From positions 103,108,001 to 103,172,000 of the forward strand of contig CM059432.1 of the NCBI GenBank assembly GCA_030390025.1: a DNA stretch of 64,000 bases, given 5' to 3'. A program made the position numbers and the translations under genes. Positions within the stretch are counted from its first letter, which is position 1. Each line of letters starts with the position of its first letter. Below, in pieces: positions 1 through 11,829 of this stretch. The stretch is from Squalus acanthias. Taxonomy: Eukaryota. The notes beneath the pieces were generated by a model. That model did no database searches, was not told where the DNA came from, and saw only the letters and a program-made list of their open reading frames with translations.

Positions 1-1338
1 GTTGGCTATTATGCACCTAAGCCAATGAATTAAAGCGGCGCCTTCCACATCTTCGCGTTCGGGCGCACCTAGACAGCTGCGCTCATATACTGGCCACAGC
101 CTGTCGGCAAAAACCTTCGGGGGTTCTCCCTCCATCTGCACTGTCTGTCCCACTCTAGCAAACGGACCTCCGTCGTTCGCCCCCACTACTTCTAGGACCT
201 CATTTTTCAATTCCTCATAACTTTTATTTCCCCTCTTGCTCTCGCCTGAGAGACACTGAAGGACCGAGCTATCTAACGAGAACAGCAGCATTTTTGCTGT
301 CTCCCCATCATCGCAGCCGTTAATGGCTGCGGCTTGCTCAACTTCCCTGAAATGTACGGAAGGGTCGTCTATCTCGGTCAGCTTCCTTACGTGGTTTATC
401 ATGGCTCTCAGCTGATGTGAACTGTGAGGCAACACCAGCTGTCCGAGGAGATCCCCCGGTTCTTCCCCACCGTTTCTGCTTGGGCCCCTTTTAATCCCCG
501 TTACTGGATACAACGATCCCTTTTCTACTTCCTTTTCAACGGGCTCTTTTGTTTCTTCCGTTGCTTCCTCCCTAACCCAGGTTTCTGAATAGCTGGGTGG
601 CGCGGAGGGCGCACTGGCTACTACTTCTTCCGCTTTACATGGTGGGGAATTTCTAAATCTCTCATTTACTAGCGGCTGGCGTGCCGACGGATTAATAAGG
701 CACACCATGCCGTTCGCATTATTCACGGCCTTTTTGAGGCTCTCTATCTCTTTTTCGCAGGCGCTATGGTCGGCTCCCTGAAACTTATCCTCAAGGGCCA
801 ACTTATACGCCGACCTAACCCCCATTAAGCTCTCTTCTTGAGTTCTTATCTGGGCAGCTTGGCGGTTACATCTTTCCTTCATCCTACTCTCGTTTAATTT
901 TGCTTCAGTGATCTGGCACTCGAGATACTCTACCCTTGTTTTAAGGTAACTGGAGACTTCCTGGCTTTCCTGGCGTAACTCATTTAAACTCTTAATGAGC
1001 GCCTCCCCTCCAGAAACCTTCTCCTCCATTTCCTCCTCTAGATGCTTGATTCGAGCGGTTAGCGCTGTATTGGTCTGGTTTGAAATCTGGACCTGCCTTT
1101 TGTAGCACATAAGCCAGACTGCTTTCTCAACTGCCTTTTTATGCTCCTTACTATCCGTCCACCTTTCAGCTGCCTCTAGTGGGCTCTTATCCGCTAACAT
1201 TTCGCTTATCCACTTTTTCGTTAGATTAACCTTTCCAAATACGTAATCCGCTATCTTTTCCTGCATCACATTTCGTACAGTCATTCCAAAATCTAACACA
1301 CTACCCTCTCGCTGCCAGTGTCCTGCCGCGGTCGCCAT
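1..1338 (-). CDS. gag: Retroviral-type Gag polyprotein, 5' part (446 codons, open through the window edge)
   Basis: Manual translation from the ATG at 1338 shows no stop down to position 1. It gives MATAAGHWQ..., a long E/K-rich coiled-coil-like region, the PSAPPSY late-domain motif, LY|PVTG...GQLVLPHSSHQL (like a retroviral CA N-terminus) and QMEGEPPKVFADRLWPVY (like the major homology region). It lies directly downstream of the LTR and PBS. Confidence 0.85.
   Translation of the reverse strand, partial: MATAAGHWQREGSVLDFGMTVRNVMQEKIADYVFGKVNLTKKWISEMLADKSPLEAAERWTDSKEHKKAVEKAVWLMCYKRQVQISNQTNTALTARIKHLEEEMEEKVSGGEALIKSLNELRQESQEVSSYLKTRVEYLECQITEAKLNESRMKERCNRQAAQIRTQEESLMGVRSAYKLALEDKFQGADHSACEKEIESLKKAVNNANGMVCLINPSARQPLVNERFRNSPPCKAEEVVASAPSAPPSYSETWVREEATEETKEPVEKEVEKGSLYPVTGIKRGPSRNGGEEPGDLLGQLVLPHSSHQLRAMINHVRKLTEIDDPSVHFREVEQAAAINGCDDGETAKMLLFSLDSSVLQCLSGESKRGNKSYEELKNEVLEVVGANDGGPFARVGQTVQMEGEPPKVFADRLWPVYERSCLGAPEREDVEGAALIHWLRCIIAN
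1320..1337 (-). promoter_or_regulatory. Primer binding site, tRNA-Arg(TCG)
   Basis: Minus strand TGGCGACCGCGGCAGGAC lies 5 nt after the LTR end. It is complementary to the vertebrate tRNA-Arg(TCG) 3' end GTCCTGCCGCGGTCG+CCA (tRNA sequence recalled, not searched). Confidence 0.85.
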
Positions 1339-1342
1339 TTTC

Positions 1343-2946
1343 TGTAAGGGATACTCTCCTGACCCTGCGTGTCTCGTGGCCTGTGAGGTTCACGCGGCTC
1401 TGTGCAGCCTGTATGTCAGTGCGGGTCTAGGCCTGGTCTCCAGCCAGTCTGGGAACACTAGACACCCCTGTGAGTGGTTCGAATCACTCTCCCTTACGGT
1501 TCTAGACACTGGACTTAGATGCGAGAGCAGTAATGGAGATAAAACTCATGTAGACTTGGTTTGAACGGTACGAAATGGAAAATCTTTATTGCATGATACT
1601 TAAAATTATGAAATACATGTCATATGCACAGATTAATGACAGTACAATCTTACAAACAGTTATAATCACTCTTAGGGAAACGAGGAACGACCAGCACAAC
1701 GTAAATAGGGCACACATTACAAATATCCTTGAACTTTAAACCCTCCCCTATCAATAACTATCCTAAAACTAGCTTCGTAGGATCCCGAGACTCATGCTCA
1801 CCACTCGTAATAACTCGGAGAAAATCCCGAATAGCTGATCGGATGTTTTCCACCGCAGCACCCACGTGTTGGTCAGGAGATCTCCTGGTCCCACTTGTTT
1901 ACTGCTTCTGCTGCTCGGTCAGTCGGCTGGACCGTCCGCTGTAGTGAAGACCTCTGTTGGTTGGATACAGGGTATGGTGGAGCACCGTTGTCAATATCGC
2001 TGATACGATGTGTTTGCACAGTCCAGTTATCATCGATGCAATATGTCTTGTTAAAGAAGAAAACTTCCTGTCGAGAAGACTTGGCTGATCGACCTACAGG
2101 CGCGGTCGGGATTTACTGACCGTGGCGATGGATAAGGTCTTCTTCTCTTCTCCTCTCATCTCATCTCATCTCATCTCATCTCATCCCGGGCCTTCGGTTC
2201 CGCTGCCAGCTACCAACATAGGTCTTTGCAACAGTCTTTTACCCAGGAGCAGCCACGATGATAACAGCAGCAAGCGGCAAGAGTCAAGAGCAAAAGAGCA
2301 AGAGTCACGAACACGAGGCAAGAGAACGAATGGACGGTTTGGGCCTGCAATTATAGTGCACAGTTCTTCCGTTTCCCGCCCAACTACAATGTCCATTCTT
2401 TTGTTTAAGGTTTGGCGCCCAAAAATGTCCTGTATGGGTGATCTCTGTCCTTAATGGGTTTCGGGGCTACTCCTGAATGTTTGAGTACCTGTTAATATTT
2501 CTCCCATTGTTAAATCGGTCGGTGTTCCCCCTGGAGGGGTTTGGGGCTTCCAAGTGTCCTGTATAACTACCTGCTAACGGCTCTCTCATCGTAGAGCCGT
2601 TGGGAGTTTACATATTAATGTCCTTTGGATGGGCCCTTGATGGCTTTCCTTTGTACCTGGGAGACCGATCCCAGTATCGATGTTTATACTGTAAACCCAT
2701 AATGTCCTGTGTATTGTCTTCACTGTGCTGAATCGTTATCGATCCTGCAAAAATGTTTATTGGAACGCCATCTTGTCTGCCTGCCGAAAAGTCTCGAATG
2801 TTCTGTCACGCGGTGCGGCGGCCATTTTACAGGCTGCTTGTGTCCAATTTAAACCTGACAGCATTCCGCTGAAATAAAAGCTGTTTTGAACGAAACTTGT
2901 GTTTTCTCCTTATTAAAATGAAATCGCGATAATTGCGAATTCTACA
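1343..2946 (-). mobile_element. 5' LTR (~1.6 kb) of endogenous retrovirus-like element
   Basis: Termini are TGTA...TACA. It is followed by the PBS and gag, and is colinear with the solo copy at 38884-40567. TATAA is at 2355-2351 and AATAAA at 1590-1585 on the minus strand. Confidence 0.88.
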
Positions 2947-3744
2947 ATTACCACGGCAGCAGATTTCTCAGGCCTGTAACAGCAGCTGGATCTCCACCCT
3001 AATTCTGGGTGTAGGCCCCTGCCAAAGGAGAAGCCTGCACCTGGGGAATATTGAGTCAATGCTAATGGCCTGAATCTGGAAATCCAGGCGACTGCAGGTC
3101 ATTTCAGGTGGAGCGCGCTTCGGGTGCACTCCGCTTGACCTGTGCCTGGGCACAGTGGGCTTAGGAATATCAGAGGCTTTGGGGGTTATTTTGGGGAAAG
3201 GGTGAAAACAGGCAGTAAGTGGGTGCTGTGCTAATAAGATGTGCCTGTTTAAAAGTCTGGTTTTAGTCTGCAATTTTGGGGCTAATTGGTGATTACCATG
3301 ATTTAAACCTGCCTGGAGGCGCTAAAACAGAGACCTCCACGTTTAGCACACAAGCGCTGATTAGGAGCAATTTTCCTGCAGTGGTCTATGTAGCCTCCAC
3401 GCATGCACTTCCACTGAAGGTGTGGAGTACGCTGGCTGTGCAGCAAATTTAAAGGGATCGCGCACCAAAAAAAATGACAGGGAACATTGGTGGTCAAGGT
3501 AAGATCCCATCTCACAAAAACACTTCTCAATAACTGCACCACCACCAGCATCACAACCTCAAATCACTGCATCCACCATCTAACTATACACTAACAGTCA
3601 CACACCCCACACTATTGCATCCTTCACAGGCACTACTCACACCTCAGACACATCGCACAGCTCTTCAACCATGTGAGGCATCACACGCACACACAAACAT
3701 GCCTGCCAATACACTCATTCACAATCATCACTCTTACTCTTCCA

Positions 3745-4600
3745 GGGCAAGATAGCACATAACAGGCACCAGGAGGAACTGACCAGGGGAGGGGCAGCAT
3801 GACTCCATGAGATCACACCCCTTGAGGAGGCAGTGTTGGCGGTAATCGGGAGGGGGGAGTGGCAGACGCCGTAGCCACAGGCAGATCAGGGGACATCTCG
3901 CCTAGAGGTGTGTGGCCACTCCAGCTTCCTTACATATCTACAACTATTCCTAATCCATAATCCCCCAAACCTATCCTCCTATCCTCACTCACAAGCTCCA
4001 TATGGTCTCATCGCGACCTGTAGAGCCTGACATCATGCAGCGTCCGATGACTGAGGTCGCAGCTTCCACTGCAGTCATTGCAGCTGCCATGGAATGCCAA
4101 ACAGCTTCCATGGGACGACAAACAGCTTTCATTGCACTACTAGCGTCTTCCATGGAATGGCAAAGTGCTGCAATGGAAGCTCAGCTGCAGAGTGTCTCAG
4201 CTGCCCAGAGATCTGTCGTCCAGCAGATCACTGGGCTGGCTGAACAGACGCCCCGAGGTAGTTGTGTGGGAATCATGGAGCAGGAACCTACTGGCCTTTC
4301 TCCAGATGGCAGCATTTCTGCTCCTTCCTCTACCACTCCAACATTGCACTTACAGTTGCCTGTCAACCAGGTGGCCCAGACTGCTCAAGCCTATGCTGAG
4401 ATGGTGCAGTCTGAGGTGGGGCCATCATGGCCAACAGCCTCTCGAGGGAGTTGCAGGAGGTCATCTGAAGTTCCCTCTTCAGATTCTCAGCAGCCATCCA
4501 CCTCGCCTGCTGCTGCCACTGGGGTTGCACTTCGTAGAAGCACCAGAGTAGCCAAGAGCACTTACAGATAGCCACTGAGGGTAAGTACCAGGGTGAGTAG
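3745..4600 (+). pseudogene. Harbinger Myb/SANT partner gene remnant (exon 2 and 3' exon)
   Basis: GKIAHNRHQEELTRGG follows an AG acceptor. The 4002-4571 ORF is homologous to the 20292-21179 C-terminus (QQPSTSPAAATG). Confidence 0.7.
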
Positions 4601-4829
4601 TCTAATATTTGTAAGCGCTGTTGGTTGTTGTAATGTTTTCATTGTTTGTTTTTGGTATAGATAAAAGAGTGATTATGGTCATTGGGTAGTGGTGGAATTG
4701 GTGGTCTTTTTATTGTGTTCTTCTTGGGGAAGGGGTTGAAAGGATTGAGTGCAGGTGGTAGATTTCTTGATGGATCCTCAGTCTTGGAAGGTAAGGCATG
4801 TGGCAACAGTGCTCTGAAGTCTGATGGTG

Positions 4830-5674
4830 GAGGATGTATCTCAAAAGCGGTCTTCAATTAGATGGCATCAAGTTTCCCCCCCAGGTCTGGAACTCTCTGG
4901 TGCTCCCGCTGGTCCCTGTCGTCTTCCTCCTCCTTCTCAACCTCCACCTCCTCCTCCTCAATCCCCACCTCCTGCTCTTCCTGCTCCTCTTCCTCTTGTG
5001 GCTCCACAGCTTAACCCTCTGGCAAAATTGCTGGTCTCACATGATTGCCAGATTGTGGAGCATGCAGTAAGTCAGCGCGAATCTGGAGACCTTCTCAGCC
5101 GAGTACTGCAGCGCACCTCCTGACTGGTCAAGGCATCTAAATCTCTGCTTGAGGACCCCAGTGGTCTGCTCAGTGACATTCCTGGTGGCTGAGTGGTTCT
5201 CATTGTATGAGTGCTCAGCTGGTGTCTGGGAGTTTCTCAGGGGAATTATGAACCATGGCATCAAAGGGTATCATTTGTCACCTAGTAGCCAGCCATGCAC
5301 ATTGCATTGGGGCTCAAAGATCTATGAGATGGATGACTGTCTCATTATGAGTGCTACTGTGACTTTGACTGCCACAGGCAATGCAGTCCTAGCTGTGCTG
5401 TGAGGTCTGTGTCTTCCTTCCACGAGGCCACAGATCTCTGTGACGAATTTCTTGGTAAAGCGCAGCCTCCTCATACACTGGTCTTGGGTCATGTGAATGT
5501 AGGAGTGGTGCTCTCTGAAGACCCTAGGTGGATAAAGCCTTCTGCTGAGAGCCCTCTCGCCCTGCTGTCCCTCCTCTCCCTCACCCCTGCAGCAGCTGGT
5601 GCTGCTCTGCCTGGCCTGATCTCCGCCTCCCATTCCTCCTCTAGACCAAGGGGGACCCCAAGCAATATCCCCAT
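4830..5674 (-). pseudogene. Harbinger (HARBI1-like DDE) transposase remnant
   Basis: Motifs RLRFTKKFVTEIC, TALPVAVKVTVAL and YNENHSATRNVTEQTTGVLKQRFRCLD. Carries an internal deletion and frameshifts. Confidence 0.85.
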
Positions 5675-7107
5675 GACTAAGCACTCCCTTTCCTAGTGAC
5701 TCCTATATGGTCTCCAATAATGTGCAGTAGTACTGCACTGACTCTCTTTAGGGTGAAGTCCTCAGAGAATTTCTGGAAAAATTGTTGATAGTGTTGATGA
5801 AGTCATGACAAAGTGTGACCAGAAAGTCTCCCGATGTGAATCAAAAGTCCTCTTCAAACATAGTGCAGTCAGTCGTTCTCAATCAGCAAGTGAACAGTGA
5901 AAACTGAAAATGGCTTTAAGTAGTGCTCGCAATCAATGTTCCCTGTAATTTCTTTTGGCGTCACACGGCCCCTTTAAGGGGCTGCAGGACCCATTCAAAA
6001 TACCGCGCAAGCCGGCTGCGCGGAATCCCTGGAGCGCTGCGGAGCCGCATGGCCACGCAGCTTAAAGGGAATATAGTTTGCAATCCTCACCAACGACTTA
6101 TTTACTACTGTTCAGCTGATCGCTGTTAGGAGAGATCGTTAATTGCAGCACTAGCCAGCAAAATGGCGTGCTGCCTCTTTAATGAGCATTAGGGGCCAAT
6201 TTAATTGGTAATCAGAGGGTTAATCATCCTCGGGGTGGCCGTTCTTAGCACTTAAACTCCTTTACCAAGATGCCGTCTTGCGCTAAAGGCAGGCTAACCA
6301 GGCTTTGCAGCTCAAGAATCTATCTTGGCCACCTTGGAGGCTCTTTAGTGCCTAAACTACCAACGCTACAGCGGGGAAAATAGCCCCCACTGTGTCATGC
6401 TCAATGCATGAATAAAGTGCTGAGTAGTATTCGCTGATTTACAATTACATTTCTGATGATTTAAAGTACTATTAGGACTGCAAGCTCTCCCAGAAATCCT
6501 TAGAAATTGAATTGGTGGTACAGCAAGGACTAAGTTGTTTTTAATATTTTTAAAGAAAAGATTAAAAAGCATGCTGCACATTGGTTTAATTGTACTGCAG
6601 CCAATACTGAACACAATTGCTACTGAAGCTGAACTTCCAGTTGTCATGAAATGAGGAACAATAGACTGCACAACAGGCAATGGTACAAAGCAATAGATCA
6701 TTATATTACACTGAGAACAAACATGCAGTGTAACTGGGACACTGAGAACATGTTTCTTTCATATCTACAGTCACCTCACAATCGTTTGCTCTGTGTTAGG
6801 TCTCCAGTCGCCATTTGATGAGTAATGTTTGCTTTTATTTTGCTTTAATGGATTGCATTTTACTCACTCCTGCTGTGTGTTTTTCTTTAAAATATTGATA
6901 AGGGCATTTTGATACAAATTTATGGATTAGTATGGGGAGTGGGAAGTGAATTCTGATAAGAATTATTTCTGTTTGTCCTCTAAATAGTGAAATACCTCTT
7001 CAGCTTTCCAAAATGTATTAGTTTTCTTTCATATAATATAAGCAGATAATATTTTCTGTAAATTTCCAATGTTATGTGGTAGAAAGGAAAATTAAATACA
7101 CAACTAG

Positions 7108-7251
7108 AACAACTTGCATTTATTTAGCACCTTTAATGTAGGAAAACGTCCCAAGGCACTTCACAGGAGCGTTATCAGAAAAAAGTGACACTGAGCCAAA
7201 GAAGGAGATATTAGGACAGGTGACCAAAAGCTTGGTCAAAGAGGTGGGTTT
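7108..7251 (-). mobile_element. L2 LINE 3' end fragment
   Basis: The reverse complement matches the 3' tail of the L2 at 37870-38015 (TTTGACCAAGCTTTTGGTCACCTG...TAAATGCAAGTTG). Confidence 0.7.
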
Positions 7252-7447
7252 GTTATACTTTCAGAACCAAAAGAAGGTTTCTTCAATCATATACTTCCAA
7301 AAATCTAATTGTGTAAAAACAAAATCCATATTCATCATAATAACATCACATTGTAGTCAGCTTGGTCCTTTTTGGGCTGGGGCTTTAGGAGTATTTGCAC
7401 AGGAAACTTCATAATTCTTGCTTTTAAAGGCCAGTGGAAAACAATCC

Positions 7448-8495
7448 TGGGATTATTTTGGTGAAAAGGTGAAAACGGGCGCTAAATGGGTGCAGTGCTA
7501 ATAAGACTAGTCTGTTTGAAAGTCTGGTTTTAGCACGCAGTTTTGGTCCTAATTGCTGATTACCATAATTTAAACTAGCCTGGAGGCGCTGAAACAGACA
7601 CCTGCAGGTTAAGCACACAAGAGCTGCTAGACACAATTTTCATGGAGCAGTATATGTGGGTTCCACTCACCCACTTCCACTGAAGGTGTGGAGAGTGTTG
7701 GCTGACACACAGCGGCACGTTTCAGGATGGCTCAGGGACCGAGGGAGAGGGCGCACAGATTCTGGGACGCAGCACTGGAGGTCCTGGTGAAGGAGGTCCA
7801 GAGGAGGAGGAATGTCCTGTACCCGCAGGAGGGGAAGGATGCCACCTTGCCTTCCTCGCCCTCCTGTCCCTCTCTCCTGCAGCAGCTGGTGCTGTTTTGC
7901 CTGACCTCATGTCCTCCTCTCACTCCTCCTGCAGATCAAGGGGGACCCCTAGCAAGGTGCCCATGACCAATCACTCCCTTTCTCCTGGTGACTCCTATAA
8001 GATGTCCAATGAGGTAGAGTAGCACATTACGTACCCTTTTTAGGTGAAGTCCTCAGAGAATTTGCGTTGATAGAGTGTTGGTGAAGTCTTGGCAAAGTGT
8101 CCCAGAAAGTCGCCCGATGTGTTTCAAAAGTCCTCTTCAAATCTACAGCAGCAAGTGAACAGTAAAAGGTGATATAACTTTAAGTAGCGCTGGAAATCCT
8201 CTGCAATGACTAGTTTACTCCCAATCAGCTGGTCGCTGTTATGAGATGGCGTTAGTTCAAGTACTAGCCACCAAAATCCTGTGCAGCCTCCTTAATGAGC
8301 GCTACTAGGCAATGTAAGTGGCAATCAGCTGCTTAACGATCCTCCAGTCGGCTATTCCTAGCGCAAACTTCAACTCCTTTACCAAGATGCCATCTTGCGC
8401 TAAACGCAAACTAAGCCGACATTTAAGCTTAAAACTCTTTCTTGGCCTCCTCGGAGGCTCTTTAGCACCTAAAGTATCTGGGGAAAATCAACCTC
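7448..8495. mobile_element. Internally deleted copy of the 3181-6388 Harbinger family
   Basis: Both ends are homologous to 3181-3440 and 5560-6388. The Myb start MAQGPRERAHRFWDAALEVLV (7727) is fused to the antisense transposase 5' end. Confidence 0.8.
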
Positions 8496-10758
8496 CGCCC
8501 CCCCACCTTTGTGTGAGTAGTACACTGATACAGAGGTCTCCCCTGCTTTGAGTATGCACTGTGTCAATCAGTCTCTTCCATAGTAATTACTTCGCTCATT
8601 AAATATTTGTCCTCAAGAGGATTTCATTAAAAAGTAGCTTGTGACAAGCAGGGTTGTTCCTGCCAGGTCTGTCATAAATAGTCAAATATGGTATTTAAAT
8701 ATTTCATGCACCCCCTGGTTCTATACTCAAATTCTACTCCATATTCTAAAGCCCAGGAGATCAAAGCCAGGTGATTCAAGGAGCTAAGACAAGAAGCAGG
8801 GACATCAGACTGAACATAAGCACATAAAGTTCCTCTGGATTAAAAGCTGGAGTAGAAGATGAAAAATGGAAGGAAGGAGAGTCTGAAATGTGAAATTTGG
8901 ATTTTAACAAGAAATTATAGATGAGGAAGGTTGATTGGCGATGACAATGGGCAGAATGAAGGTTTGAGGAGCTATCGCAAATGTTGTAACAATGCAGGAT
9001 GAAGCCAGAAGAAGAAATAACAAGTCCAATGAATATAGATTTGGTGCCTCGGTGGCTGCTGTGATGGGTGGAAAGAAGAATAAATAAAAGTGGCTGTAAC
9101 ATGTCATGGGACTAGCAGATAGACCTGAACATAGCTGTACAGTAAAGACAAACAGGTAAGGCACCTACGCGAAGATATTCACTTGTTCATGGAGTAGCTT
9201 CCCAAAATGCCAGTGTTCAGATCTTTAATGATCAGGAGGCCACACCACAAAGCTAGTAGAATCATCCCTCATTATACCAACAGCAGTGATGGCGCAAAGT
9301 GAGGAGAACATTAGACAAAGAGGTAAGGAACCATAAAAGTGCTGGGAGAAAAGGCAAACTTAAAGAGACTGAACATAAGAGTAAGAAGTGAAAAGGAGAA
9401 ATAGAAAAATGGGTCTAGCACCTATTTAGAGCACCAGATCCTACTTTTGGGGCTAATCAATGCATATGGGTTGAGAGGTGCTACAGCAGGTGATCTGAGT
9501 AGATATCTCACCAATGAATGCTTTAGCTTCACTCAAAAGACTTAGCTGAATAGTCATTTGGATAAAGAATAGGTATATTTCTTTACAACGGTTTAGTCAG
9601 GCAGCTTTATACGAACAATGACAGATAGGAAAAGACCCTCTGCTCCATCCATCCTGTCCCACATAATTGTAATACCTTGTGCATCACAATACAGATACTC
9701 CCTACCCCACCCGGAAGCTGTGTTATCTTCTGGGAGAGGCGAAAAACCCAGGCCAATTTAGAGGAAAAAAATCTGGGAAATTCCTCTCCAACCCCCCAGG
9801 TGATCAAAACTAGTCCAGGAGATCACTCTGGCCCTGAATTACCTGAAGTACCTACCTTTTGTACGAGGTGATCTCCACCCCAGCCAGAAACAGGTCCAGC
9901 TCTCACTTGAAGGAATTCAACGAATCGGCATCCAATGCACGAGACAGAATCCTGTTCCAAAGGTCCAGTATTCTCAGGGAAAAGAACCACCTCCTGACAT
10001 CTAACCTAGATCTGGCCTTGTACAACTTAAAATTTTGACCCCGATCCTCCCTAATTTATTTAATTGGAACAAACTCTCAACTAGAACACAATAGTGGAGA
10101 AATTGGCTAACCCCAGAAAATGGGCATGGGAATCACGGTCCACGATTAACCCACGCCCATTCATTATGTTGCAGCCAGCACGGTAAATTTGTGCTGTCTG
10201 CTGCTTTACATGAATGCTGCGTGCAACCAGCGTGCCCTGCACTGTTCATTGGCTGCACGCATCAGCAGGGGCCTGATATCTTGAGTGACTAGTGGTACTA
10301 AAGGCAGCCTCCACCTCTTAAAGGGGAGGTGCATTGTGGCTACAAGAAGTGGTGGCGGACCTGCGGGAAACCAGGCAGCGGCGGTGGGACTCAAAAGAGA
10401 CGGCAGAGACCAGGTAAGCCTCAGAGCGGCGGCGGACCTGCGGGAAACCAGGCAGGCGGCGGCGAGACTCAAAAGAGGCGGCAGAGACCAGGTAGGCGGA
10501 CCAATCTCCGAGCTCAGAGGGAGGGAGAGAAGTAAAAAGTAATCGAAAGTGTGACGTCACCAGAAAGCAGGTAAGTGATTGGTTGGTGAGTATTTCTCTC
10601 TTTTTAAACTTAAACTCTGTGGTTTGTAGTTTCTAAGCTCTCTGTGGTTTAGCGGGGACTGTTGGTAAACCAGGGCCCTTAGGTGTATCATTTAACTGTA
10701 GTGTAATTGGTGGGATTGATTTGATTTAATTTAATTTGAATTAATTAAAGTGTAAGTC

Positions 10759-11707
10759 ATGGCAGGAGAGCTCGGCCCCGTGGTATGCTCCTCCTGCGCT
10801 ATGTGGGAACTCAAGGACACTTCCTATGCCCCTGACAACCATGTGTGCAGGAAGTGTATCCAGCTACAGCTACTGGCAGACCGCATTATGGCGCTGGAGC
10901 TGCGATTGGATACATACTGGACCATTCGTGATGCTGAGGACGTCGTGGATATCACGTTTGAGCAGTTGGTCACACCGCAGGCAAAGGATGCACAGGCAGA
11001 AAGGGAATGGGTGACCAACAAACAGAGTAGTAGGCGCAGGCAGGTAGTGCAGGAGTCCCCTGGGGACATCCCCCTCTCAAACAGATATACCACTTTGAAT
11101 ACTGTTGGGGGGGATGGCTTATCAGAGGAAGGCAGCAGCAGCCAACTTCCTGGCACCAGGGGTGGCTCTGCTGCACAGGACGGAAGGAAAAAGAGGGGTA
11201 GAGCTATAGTGATAGGGGATTCTATTGTAAGGGGAATAGATAGGCGTTTCTGCGGCCGCAAACGAGACTCCAGGATGGTGTGTTGCCTCCCTGTGCAAGG
11301 GTCAAGGATGTCTCAGAGCAGCTGCAGAACATTTTGGAAGGGGAGGGTGAACAGCCAGTTGTCGTGGTGCATATAGGTACCAACGATATAGGTAAAAAAG
11401 GGGATGAGGTCCTAAAAGCTGAATATAGGGAGTTAGGAGGTAAATTAAAAAATAAGACCTCAAAGGTAGTAATCTCCGCATTGCTACCAGTGCCACGTGC
11501 TAGTCAGAGTAGAAATAGAAGGATATTTCAGATGAATACGTGGCTAGAGGAATGGTGCAAGGTGGAGGGATTCAAATTCCTGAACATTGGAACCGGTTCG
11601 GGGGGAGGTGGGACCAGTACAAACCAGACGGTTTGCACCTGGGCAGGGCCGGGACCGATGTCCTAGGGGGTGTGTTTGCTAGTGCTCTGGGGGAGGGTTT
11701 AAACTAA
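10759..11707 (+). pseudogene. CR1 ORF1 (zinc-finger/leucine-zipper + SGNH esterase), frameshifted
   Basis: Motifs CSSCAMWE...CRKC, GDSIVRG and HIGTND, split across ORFs 10759-11376 and 11280-11666. Confidence 0.9.
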
Positions 11708-11829
11708 AATGGCAGGAGGTTGGGAACCTGAGCAGGGAGACAGAGGAAAGGGAAACAAGGATAAAAGCAAAAGATAGGAAGGAGAAAAACAAAAGTGGCA
11801 GTCAGGGAAATCAACGGTTTAAATCAAAC

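Larger units (their letters stand above)
3181..6388. mobile_element. Degenerate Harbinger/PIF DNA transposon
   Basis: TIR GGGGG(T/C)TATTTT at both ends. It holds a transposase remnant on the minus strand and a convergent Myb-partner remnant on the plus strand. The TSD does not match. Confidence 0.8.
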
